Positions 8,531 to 18,012 of a stretch of DNA of 64,000 nt are shown piece by piece. The stretch is from positions 61,256,001 through 61,320,000 of the forward strand of contig NC_087246.1 of the NCBI RefSeq assembly GCF_037042905.1, read 5' to 3'. The stretch is from Lytechinus pictus. Lineage: Eukaryota. The first letter of the stretch is position 1. Each line of letters starts with the position of its first letter. The notes beneath the pieces were generated by a model. It did not search any database. It was not told the DNA's origin and saw only the letters and a program-made list of their open reading frames with translations. Position numbers and translations under genes: made by a program.

Positions 8531-11500
8531 TTACCCACAGCTACAAAAAGGACAAAAATACTTGTCAATAGACATTCCTTCCGCATGGGTAACACCAACA
8601 CATGCACCATGGAACCACTCATCGCACCCATCACATTGAATCATGAACGATCCATCGTCGGGGGTTCTACAGTAGCAATACCTTTCCTTCCTCCAGTCAG
8701 GGCCTGAGGGCTTGGCCTCGTCAAGGCACCTTTTGAGCTGGTCATGGTTTACAGTCAGGGCCTTGTTCCGATAGATCACCCGGTATACATAAGGGGTATA
8801 TCGCTTCACGATAATAGCCGGACCCTTCCAGGGAGATTGCAGCTTCTTGCATTTTCCCTTGGGGGTCGCCTTGGCGAGAAGGTATACTCGGTCCCCTTCT
8901 TTAAATTGCCGCAAGTATACCTTTATGTCGTAATCCCGCTTCAACCGTCGCTGTGTATTCCGGAGGGTGGCTCTCGCAGCATCGTGCGCCTCTCGGATGC
9001 TCTGGGATAACTGAGATGAATATTCATCCAGAGGTCGGTCAGAGACGGATGGGGGAAGTGGAAAAATCAGCTCCGCTGGTTGATTAGTTTCACGCCCCAG
9101 CATCAATTGATTGGGCGTGAATCCCGTACTACGGTTGATCGTGGAACGAATCGCTCCAGCGATCTGGGCGAGGTTGTGGTCCCAATGAGTCTGGGACTTC
9201 CCAATGTAGCACCTTACCGCATCCATTAAGGTTCGGTTGAAACGTTCAACCTGGCCGTTTGCGGAAGGTCGGTACGGGGTAGTCCTAGCCTTATGTATAT
9301 GGAGCAGTTTACAGATGTTCGTGAATAACCTGCTCTCAAAATTTCTGCCCTGATCAGTAAAAATCTGGAATGGATAGCCAAAGCGGCAAAAGAACTCGCT
9401 AATGGCTGCCTGAGCGGTTACTTCCGCTGTCTGAGAGGGCAGTGGGACACACTCAACCCACTTGGTGAACTGGTCCACCATCATCAAGATGTACACGTTA
9501 CCTCGTGAGGTTTTGGGTAAAGGACCCATGAAATCGAGGTGTACACGTTCCATCGGGGCCCCCGCATGATAAGTTATCATGGGGTGTTTCCCATACCTCA
9601 CGGCTTTCTTATTTTTATTACAGACGGCACATCTCCGAATATACTCTTGGATGTCGCCCGACATACCATACCAGTAGTATTTGGACCGAAGTTTACCTTT
9701 AGTACGGTTCACACCAGCATGAGCTGCTGAAGGAGGATCATGATTTAGCTTGATCACTTCAGTACGCAAAGACTTGGGCACTACAAGTAGGAGATTGTCA
9801 TCGCCTTTACGCCAAATGACACCATCCTTAAGCACAAACAGCTCTCGGTTGACCCATAGGAACTTTCCAGCGGGGTCCCACAGAAGAACAGTTCCCTCGT
9901 CTGGTTCCTCTTTATCGAGCAGCCATTTGCGCAAGGGGGTCAGTTGACCATCAGCCTCTTGTTCTTTCCGAAGAAAGTCCATTGAGGTGAGGTCGATACC
10001 AGACCCGGCATCATGGGTTACCCCGTTGACCCTAAAAGAGAATGGACCGTCGATTGGACCAATATCCAGGTGAGTGATAAAGAGGTCCTCCGATTCTCCG
10101 GGGTCAAGGGTAACTTCCGAAACTTTACTCCTTTGTGCCAATTGGATCACATTGTCCACAGCATCAGTGAAGTGTGCCCAGTTTGTGTGGGCCTTCAGAC
10201 AGTATGCACAACCACCACAGGGCAAACTCTTGGGGTCAATACCCAGACGGTAGTTCTCACATGTAAAGTCGCCGTCGGGTATACGAGACAATGCATCTGC
10301 ATTCTGATGTTTCTTGCCAGGGCGGTGTTCAACTGCCATGTCATATTGGCCCAGTTCTTCGAGCCACCGGGCAAGCTGCCCTTGAGGCTCCCTAAAGTTC
10401 ATTAACCATGTCAGACTCCCATGGTCCGTGCGAACTGTAAAAGGCTTTCCGAGGAGGTAATGCCTATACTGGCGGGTAAACCGTACCACTGCCAACAGCT
10501 CACGCCTGGTTACACAATAGCGTCGTTGTTCAGGGGTCAGGGAAAAACTGCCATATGCAATAGTTCGCTCTTGCCCCTGTTGGACTTGGGTTAAAACAGC
10601 CCCAATAGCTGTGCCAGACGCATCGGTATCCAGAATGAACGGATCCGTGGAGTTGGGTAGTGCGAGGATAGGGGCGGTGGTCATGAGCCTCTTGACTTCC
10701 TCAAAAGCCACTTGATGCTGGTCCTCCCAGCGGAAGTCATTGTTCCCAGTGAGGCCATAGAGTGGCCCTACAACCTGGGCATAGTCTTTAAGGAAGACAC
10801 GGTGATAATTTACAAGTCCGAGGAGCCGTTCCACCTCCTTTGTGGACTTAGGGGTGGGCCAGTCCACTACGGCTTGAACATGCTCTTCCTTAAGGTGGAG
10901 ACCATTCCCATCAACCTCTCTACCAAGAAACTCTACCCGACGTTGGAAGAAGGAACATTTCTTTGGCTTCAACTTAAGCTTAAAGTCCCTAAATCGTTCC
11001 AACACCTGTCTGATGTTAGTGACGTGATCAGAGAAAGAGGTGCCGAGCACTACAACATCATCCAAGAAGGCTAAAGCGATATCCCAGTTCAATCCCCTGA
11101 GGATGAGATTCATTGCTCGAGAGAACGTGGCTGGGGCATTACATAAGCCGAAGCCCATGCGAACAAACTCGTATAAACCATACTTGGTGATAAATGCTGT
11201 CTTTTCACGGTCTTCCGGCCTGAGATTGACTTGCCAATAGGCAGAATTTGCATCTAGTTTGGAGAACCATGAATTCTCTGCTAAGGTATCCAAACACTCT
11301 TCGATGCAAGGAAGCGGGTAGACATCTTTCTTCGTAACGTTGTTAAGTTTACGATAGTCTATACACCAACGGACGCTACCGTCCCGTTTTCGGATTAAGA
11401 CAGGGGCGGACGCCCATTCCGACATCGAAGGTTGGATCACCCCGGCGGACAGCATTTTGTTAAGACATGCTCGCTCCTCTTGAACAAAGTTCATGGGTGT

Positions 11501-12883
11501 ACGCCTCATCTTTTGCTTGATGGGCGTAGCTTCGCCTGTGTCGATTGAATGGGTAATGGCTGTGAAATTACCCAAGTCGAATTCATCCCGGGCAAAGACA
11601 CCCTCAAATTCTAGCAACAAGCCCTTTAATATTCCTTGCTGTTCAGGAATTAAGTGTTCCGAAGATCGTTTCCAAAGATCTTCCAAATGGGTGGGGATTC
11701 TGGCATCCCCAGTCAAGTCAACCTGGCTGACACTTGGAATAGGATTGTCAAAGTCGGGGGGTTCTCTAGAACCTACGCGAGAAGCCTGTCCAAGGTGTTG
11801 ACCTTTATCCCAATGGATGGAAACATCAGTAGCATTCACAGCATATAACTGTATAGAGCTACTCCCAGAATGCAATGTGCGGGGAACCAATCCTATAAGG
11901 GCAACATCCGGCTCTACCATAAACTGGTCAAACGTGCAAGAAGAATCAAGTTCGCATTGTACTCGTTTGACTGACATTGGGGGGATGGTCACAGAATTTG
12001 AAACGAAAACCTGAGAGGTATCAGTGTCTTCACCACAAGTCATTGTAATGCACTCGCCCTGAAAGATTAACAAGGAATCCGGTATATTGATGAATGCACT
12101 GTGCTTCTTGAGGAGATCAGCTCCAAGCAGCATATCATCGTCTATCGGGGCAACATAGACGCATTCACTAAACGTCTGGCCACCTAGAGTCATATCAACC
12201 GGTCCTACAATTATTCCAGTCATACTCATATTTCTTCCAGCTGTATTTAGGACGACTGACCTAATAACTGGAGGAGCGGGGCGTAGTGCATGGTAGATTT
12301 TATCAGACATTATAGTCACCTCTGCAGCAGTATCGATTACGGCACGCATCAATTGGTTACCGACCAATATATTTATGCTATAAGTAGATGATGACTTTAT
12401 CCGGCAGACTACAACGTCCGAGGCCTGTTCGAGGTCCTTCGGGATCCAGCTATCTAATTGCGGATTCTCTTCAGGGGGTGGCCAGGGGGGTACCAACCAG
12501 GGGCTGGGCTCCAATGGAGGCCTAGGCGTATCAATCACCTGGCTGATGGGGGGTGGAGAGGAGAGTTCCTTGACACTCGGAACTTTCCCTGACCCTTCAG
12601 TGATACCAATACCGTCCTGACCGCCATCTCTCAGTTCGGATTCTTTAACAATCAAATCAGGAGAGGGAACACCCAGTTCCTTACTTCCTCTGGGAAGAGA
12701 GTCTTCGCTATCCAACGACCTGTTAGCCTCAAGTACTACCAAGGATATATCTGCTTCTTGCTCCTCTTGAGAGAGCGAATCCTCTAAAAGTACTTTGGCA
12801 TTTTCGGATTCCAAATTAGAATTGGGGTCCGCTTTTAGTGGGATCGGGGTCGGACCTCCTCCTCCGATCCCGAATCGTTTCCC
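8531..12883 (-). CDS. pol: Pol polyprotein (aspartic protease, RT, RNase H, integrase, C-terminal PHD finger), probably made as Gag-Pol by -1 frameshift
   Basis: IDTAA (protease). WCIDYRKLN, FGLCNAPATF and FLDD (RT). TDAS, RELLAV, TDH and NADALSR (RNase H). H..H..CAVC, LDFMGP, TDQG and QVERFN (integrase), followed by a GPY/F-like WKGP. The pol frame is open from the slippery site at 12883; the ORF-track start at 12814 is a TTG. Confidence 0.95.
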   Translation of the reverse strand, partial: GKRFGIGGGGPTPIPLKADPNSNLESENAKVLLEDSLSQEEQEADISLVVLEANRSLDSEDSLPRGSKELGVPSPDLIVKESELRDGGQDGIGITEGSGKVPSVKELSSPPPISQVIDTPRPPLEPSPWLVPPWPPPEENPQLDSWIPKDLEQASDVVVCRIKSSSTYSINILVGNQLMRAVIDTAAEVTIMSDKIYHALRPAPPVIRSVVLNTAGRNMSMTGIIVGPVDMTLGGQTFSECVYVAPIDDDMLLGADLLKKHSAFINIPDSLLIFQGECITMTCGEDTDTSQVFVSNSVTIPPMSVKRVQCELDSSCTFDQFMVEPDVALIGLVPRTLHSGSSSIQLYAVNATDVSIHWDKGQHLGQASRVGSREPPDFDNPIPSVSQVDLTGDARIPTHLEDLWKRSSEHLIPEQQGILKGLLLEFEGVFARDEFDLGNFTAITHSIDTGEATPIKQKMRRTPMNFVQEERACLNKMLSAGVIQPSMSEWASAPVLIRKRDGSVRWCIDYRKLNNVTKKDVYPLPCIEECLDTLAENSWFSKLDANSAYWQVNLRPEDREKTAFITKYGLYEFVRMGFGLCNAPATFSRAMNLILRGLNWDIALAFLDDVVVLGTSFSDHVTNIRQVLERFRDFKLKLKPKKCSFFQRRVEFLGREVDGNGLHLKEEHVQAVVDWPTPKSTKEVERLLGLVNYHRVFLKDYAQVVGPLYGLTGNNDFRWEDQHQVAFEEVKRLMTTAPILALPNSTDPFILDTDASGTAIGAVLTQVQQGQERTIAYGSFSLTPEQRRYCVTRRELLAVVRFTRQYRHYLLGKPFTVRTDHGSLTWLMNFREPQGQLARWLEELGQYDMAVEHRPGKKHQNADALSRIPDGDFTCENYRLGIDPKSLPCGGCAYCLKAHTNWAHFTDAVDNVIQLAQRSKVSEVTLDPGESEDLFITHLDIGPIDGPFSFRVNGVTHDAGSGIDLTSMDFLRKEQEADGQLTPLRKWLLDKEEPDEGTVLLWDPAGKFLWVNRELFVLKDGVIWRKGDDNLLLVVPKSLRTEVIKLNHDPPSAAHAGVNRTKGKLRSKYYWYGMSGDIQEYIRRCAVCNKNKKAVRYGKHPMITYHAGAPMERVHLDFMGPLPKTSRGNVYILMMVDQFTKWVECVPLPSQTAEVTAQAAISEFFCRFGYPFQIFTDQGRNFESRLFTNICKLLHIHKARTTPYRPSANGQVERFNRTLMDAVRCYIGKSQTHWDHNLAQIAGAIRSTINRSTGFTPNQLMLGRETNQPAELIFPLPPSVSDRPLDEYSSQLSQSIREAHDAARATLRNTQRRLKRDYDIKVYLRQFKEGDRVYLLAKATPKGKCKKLQSPWKGPAIIVKRYTPYVYRVIYRNKALTVNHDQLKRCLDEAKPSGPDWRKERYCYCRTPDDGSFMIQCDGCDEWFHGACVGVTHAEGMSIDKYFCPFCSCG
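12826..12883 (-). promoter_or_regulatory. -1 programmed ribosomal frameshift signal (slippery heptamer plus H-type pseudoknot)
   Basis: G GGA AAC in the gag frame (12877-12883), a 5-nt spacer, stem 1 GGGATCGG/CCGATCCC and stem 2 GGTCCG/CGGACC. Pol is in the -1 frame. Confidence 0.85.
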
Positions 12884-14994
12884 AAATCTTCACAGACAAA
12901 GGAAACGCTCGGTCGGGGGCCTCGTTCTGGACACTCGTTCTTGAAGTGTCCAGACTTTCCACAGTGGAAGCAGGCACCAATACGACCCGGTGACATATTC
13001 CCTCGGGCAGGAGATGCTCTGCCTCTACCACGAGGAGAAACTACTAACTTTTTTACACTCTCAGCTAGGCTTTGAACAGTAGCCGGCAAAGACCCAAGTG
13101 CTTCCAATTGCTTTAGTGCAGAGTCCATCTTCCCTTCTAAAGCGGAAACCCTTCGCTCTAAAACGGTATACGCTGGGGAAGTAGGGGGCGCACTCACCTG
13201 CCTTGCGGTTGGTTCAAGGGGGGTCTTTTCAGACAAGGAGACATGTTTAACCTCCCTGCGCGGTTTCCCATAAATAGCTCGGTGTGAGTGTTGATACCAT
13301 TTAACAAGATCAACAGCCTCTTCCACGGTCTTAGGTCTGGAATTGAGTGCATGTTGCCCAGCTTCCTTATCTGCGGAGCCCTGGCAGAAACGCATCACTA
13401 CCTGCTGCTGCACATATGCCTCGGGCAAATTAGGAAAAGCCTGAGAGGCTAAGGTAAGCAACCGAGCAGCCCACTTGGTGACATTCTCGTCAGGGGCCTG
13501 TCTTGCATAAGAGAAATTCATTTGCGATACCTCAGGCATTTCTTTAAGTGTGAACCTCTTTTCCATCCTATTCACCATAATGTTATATGGCATATCGGGC
13601 TCTCGCTCAAGAAGCGTGGCTAAATAGGAGCTAGCCTCCCCATCTAACGTCCAACATAAGTAATTACGCGATTGTTTGGCGTCCCACCCATTCTCACTGG
13701 CGAATAATTTAAACTTCGCAATGAAGGCTTGCCAGCTGCCCGTACCGTTAAAGGTTATGGACTTTGGCACCGAAACCAGTCGGGGTCTGTCCCCTTCCCC
13801 TGTACTGGTACTTAAGGATCTTCGTACCGGTGGTGGGTTGTGGGACTCGAAATCATGCTCTTGGGATTGGGGGGCCTGCGTTTCAGGGGCACGGTTGATG
13901 GCAAATAGTGATTGCAAAACACGCGATGATAAATCAACTGCTACGTCTTCATTTGACTGTCTTGCATCCCGCCTATTGTGGTCTTGTGTTCTTCGGGGGG
14001 ATGATGACCTACGAGGGCCATGGTCAGGCGAGTGGGAACGGTTAGAGTTTGACCTATGCCAATCATCACGACCTCTACACGGACTGTGATTACCCCTATA
14101 ATATCGTGGGGGAGAATCATAACGGTCATTTCGATATCGGCGAGGGGAATAGCGATACCTGTTCCTATAGTAGTCATATCGATCCCTACTGCGATCATAA
14201 CGATCCCTACTCCGATCATAACGATCCCTACTATGATCATATCGATCCCGCCTGTGACCTCTAGGTGACCCTTGTCGGCGCCCACCATAATCCCGAAAAG
14301 GAGAATCATATCGACTATCCCGGCGGTTTGTACGTGGTGATCCACGGCGGCTGTTGTGGCGACCAGATGTGGGTGACCGAGATATAGGTGACCCGTGGCT
14401 ACCCCTTGGTGGGTTAGCATGATCCCTAGATGACCTAGGACTGGCCTGGTCACTTGAGGGTGACTTCATAGGGGAAGAAAGCCCATCATCCTCACCTTCC
14501 CTCGGTGGGGGTGTGCGTTTTCGCGGCGAAGAGAAAACCACATGCTTCCGTGAGGGCGAATTGCCTCTAGCTACCTTATCTCTGCGTGAGCTGGCAGCCC
14601 CTGACTCTCCACTCTCTCTCCCCATTACTATTTTAAGATGTCCTGGCAACGAATCTTGAGGATAGGATTCAAAAGGGTAGGGAGAGGGGGATTGGGTTGG
14701 CTGCTCATCGCCCACCTGTGCTGCTACATCACCTGCCGCAGCAGGGCCTACTATCACTCTTTCCTCAATAGAATCGGTAGAATTTGTGCCAGATTCTAAA
14801 ACAGCATAAGGGGCAAAATCAAAATACCCTGCAATCTCAGAGGCATTACGTATGTGCGGAATATCTAAGAAAGTTTCCATCGTAATATCATTAGCCTCTC
14901 GGAGGACCAATATTCGCTCGGCCAAAGTACTACCAATTCCTGGGACCTTCAATAGCTCCTCTGGCTCACAACAATTAATTTGAATCTTGGACAT
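12835..14994 (-). CDS. gag: Gag, 719 aa: N-terminal helix-hairpin-helix, RS/RD low-complexity tract, capsid-like region, coiled coil, CCHC zinc knuckle
   Basis: INCCEPEELLKVPGIGSTLAERIL (HhH); FNGTGSWQAFIAKF...NGW capsid-like region; CFHCGKSGHFKNEC knuckle. Located upstream of pol. Confidence 0.9.
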   Translation of the reverse strand: MSKIQINCCEPEELLKVPGIGSTLAERILVLREANDITMETFLDIPHIRNASEIAGYFDFAPYAVLESGTNSTDSIEERVIVGPAAAGDVAAQVGDEQPTQSPSPYPFESYPQDSLPGHLKIVMGRESGESGAASSRRDKVARGNSPSRKHVVFSSPRKRTPPPREGEDDGLSSPMKSPSSDQASPRSSRDHANPPRGSHGSPISRSPTSGRHNSRRGSPRTNRRDSRYDSPFRDYGGRRQGSPRGHRRDRYDHSRDRYDRSRDRYDRSRDRYDYYRNRYRYSPRRYRNDRYDSPPRYYRGNHSPCRGRDDWHRSNSNRSHSPDHGPRRSSSPRRTQDHNRRDARQSNEDVAVDLSSRVLQSLFAINRAPETQAPQSQEHDFESHNPPPVRRSLSTSTGEGDRPRLVSVPKSITFNGTGSWQAFIAKFKLFASENGWDAKQSRNYLCWTLDGEASSYLATLLEREPDMPYNIMVNRMEKRFTLKEMPEVSQMNFSYARQAPDENVTKWAARLLTLASQAFPNLPEAYVQQQVVMRFCQGSADKEAGQHALNSRPKTVEEAVDLVKWYQHSHRAIYGKPRREVKHVSLSEKTPLEPTARQVSAPPTSPAYTVLERRVSALEGKMDSALKQLEALGSLPATVQSLAESVKKLVVSPRGRGRASPARGNMSPGRIGACFHCGKSGHFKNECPERGPRPSVSFVCEDLGNDSGSEEEVRPRSH

Positions 14995-17576
14995 GATTCG
15001 ATGAAGGGTGACTAAATTTTGAAAGTTCTATCTTACGCTAACAAGCACCTAAGTACTGAGTAAAGCTCCTTCGAAAATCAGAATTATCACTGATCAGTGA
15101 TCACCACCAAATAGGATTGATCACTTTCAATCATCAATCTTACCAGAGAGCTAAACAACAACAACTAAAAACTAAGTTTGTTTGGAAAACCTAATTATTA
15201 AAATTTATCAAAGGTTTAAAGCTCTGATATGGCCAATATGAGGCCTATATTATTTAAGTACAAATGTGTAAATATACCGAAAATAAAACACTAGCCTCTA
15301 CTCCGATGCTGAGCTAACCAGGTGCACCCAGCACCTATATGTGTACTAAGTAGAAAATGCCTCCACTGCTGACACAAAAGTTTAAATTATCTTCGGGCGT
15401 ATATATATATACTTTGCTTATCCCTTATCTATAAGCTTTGTATACTGAAAACACCCTTCAGATAATTAAAAACTAAAAATGACCTTGCTTGTCGATGACC
15501 AAAGAAAATGACCAAATACTGATATAAAATGGTCCAATCCTTGACCCAATACTAATATGAACTAAGAATACCGAAATAAATTACAAGCACCCTATGCTCT
15601 TATAATTAGATGGAAGTTCTAAATATTGTATCTCAAAGTCAAATTTGTTTGGAATAATTCTTTCCTATATAAACTCGAATTACAGATTCAAAACTTTCTA
15701 TCTCAGAACCGAATGAAAATTTTATTTTCTTTTTTATTCAAAGCAAAATTTATATAAGTATTTCTTTTCTCGAAATGACAAGAAGTTCAAGTATTCACTA
15801 AGTAAGTCAAATTTCTGTTCCAAAGAACTCCTAAATGTAAACGTACAAACGATCAAGCAAAATCCTAACTCTAGATCAGCTTAAACAATCCACAAAGGCC
15901 CTATTAATAATATCGTCGTACTTTTAATTGACAGCAGGTGCGACTTTGCAACAAACTACCGGTGGCCAGAGATTGTTATAACGGTCAAAATATATAATCT
16001 TTAACTCCAATAAACTATTAAGTTTTTTTCTCTAAATAAATTCCCCACGGGTGTACGGAAGTCTGAATAGATTAAGTACGAGAGAGTTTTTGGAACTACA
16101 CTAACGCAAGTAGCGTCGGATTATAATGAGACGGACCGTATTATAAAAATACAAAGTCAAAAGTTAACTTTCAGTCCTAAAATAAAATTAGCACAATAAT
16201 TGTCCAAAATACGAGCGTCACCAATGTACGTGACGGGAATCAATGAGTATATTCACTAAATCCGAAGACAAGTTAGGCCAATATAATATAATTGGTCGAG
16301 TTCCCAGACTTATGTTCAAGCTCCAAAAAATACTCTAAGTATTCACCGACTGCCTAAGTAATTAATTAATATATATACCATCCACTAAAATTTGTAGCTT
16401 AATGCCACTCTAAATATAAGCATTGGTGGCTTGCAACGGCATATAAAATATATCAATCACTCCTTATTTTTATTTATTTATTTTTTATTTTATTTATTTC
16501 TTTTTTTTTTTTTTTTGGAGATGATATCTTAATACCGAAATGAAATCAAATTGATCATTAAATAAAGTCCACAAGAGAAACCCGACGTACTAAAGTCGTA
16601 TGAGGGTAACTCCGTTTTAGCCAGATAACACTAGGATAATTTCATACAAAAAAGTCACGGTATAATTCAGACTTCACGCACCTATAAAACGGCAATAGTA
16701 GAAACCTCCCTATATGCAAAACGGCAATCTAAACGGCGCCGAATAAATCCGTAAAACGGCAACCTAACTGGCGCCAAAAAATGATTACTGCAAGACGGGA
16801 AAATCTGTATAAGAAATGGTCAAAATTCGTTTTCACACGTAATATCAATACACGACCTCACGAATCAAGAACGGCATATACAGAATCATCATAACTCAAC
16901 TACTCAACGTACGTAGATTCCTCGTCGTCTGCTACAGCTAACGGGGGGAAAGTCAGGTTAAGCAATACGATCTTTCACCAATCACGCAATCATTAAATCA
17001 CCAACAGCCAAATTCAACAATAAATATATATCTCAGTTACGTACAATTCCTAAATTTAATTATCCTACATCAAAATTCAAATCCTAATTTAATTAAATCC
17101 TAACAGGGAAAGAGGGTACATACAAATTTATCACCAGAACCACACCCCAAGCAACTCTCAGGCAAGGCATACATTCAGCCCTAACACACAATAGAATGCG
17201 GGGAGCGGCGAACAATAGAAAACGTTTAACGCTATTTGCATAAATGGCGTGCCCTACGTGGCGTCCTGCCACACCCAAAATTTAAACCGGGTTAAGGGGA
17301 TAGTGTAAGGGTTTAAAACCTACGCAAAAACGCTGAGAATAAGCCCTAAAACACTGCTATTATTTGTTTAAGATAACTATAATACAGATCTATATCGCTG
17401 TAGGACGGCGGATTGAATCAAAAGTTTAAACAATTTATAAAGAGTGCGATTTACTTTGCCGCCCTACGGTACACTTTTCCCTACTTTTAAGCACTTAAAA
17501 CGATGTCTAGCCAATTTAGTTTTCTGCGCCGCTTGTTTTACTGCATTTACAAAACTAGCGCAGAGTCGTGTTCATA

Positions 17577-17586
17577 CGCAGCGCCA
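17577..17586 (-). promoter_or_regulatory. Primer-binding site, tRNA-Ser-like
   Basis: TGGCGCTGCG, 3 nt downstream of the 5' LTR. It is complementary to a tRNA 3' end ...CGCAGCG-CCA of the kind seen in animal tRNA-Ser; the isotype was assigned from memory. Confidence 0.75.
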
Positions 17587-17589
17587 ATA

Positions 17590-17960
17590 TATAGTAAACT
17601 GACTATATGGATGTTAACCTAAATAAAGTAAGCTGGATTACCGAGAACCATATACTCACCTTAATCCTGGGTCAGTCCGTCTTAATCTTACAAAGGATGA
17701 AGACTTCGATGACTTGTAAGTATATAGAGCTTGTCGTAGAACTTGTAAGTAGACTTGTCGTAGAACCTGATGACTCGTGTGAACTTGAGGGACGTATACG
17801 TAGTAGACTGTAGTACTGTACTGATCGAGAGCTGAACGTGAGAATGCGTCTGATCTTGGGATCCTGATTCTGCGTACGTATGGAGGGTTTCTGGGGGGCA
17901 TGGTCGCACGCACGGTCGCGCGTATTGTAGCACTTCGCGCGGGCGACCAAGTTCCCCATA
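17590..17960 (-). repeat. 5' LTR (371 bp), containing consensus splice donor AAG|GTGAGT at 17662-17654
   Basis: Direct repeat of 5723-6093, followed by the PBS on the minus strand. Confidence 0.95.
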
Positions 17961-18012
17961 GCATTAAAAAAAAAGCTTAAAAACTTTGCATGCGCATGCG
18001 CGAGGGTCCGGG

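Larger units (their letters stand above)
5723..17960 (-). mobile_element. Full-length Ty3/Gypsy LTR retrotransposon with three ORFs (gag, pol, TatD-like)
   Basis: Direct 371-bp LTRs. GCAT TSD at 5719-5722 and 17961-17964. PBS and PPT present. Pol domain order PR-RT-RH-IN. All ORFs uninterrupted. Confidence 0.97.

Noticed and set aside
13941-14453. 170-aa hydrophobic alternative-frame ORF inside gag (VGIVMI repeats)
   Set aside because: Explained as an off-frame reading of the 21-bp RDRYDRS repeats; no independent support.
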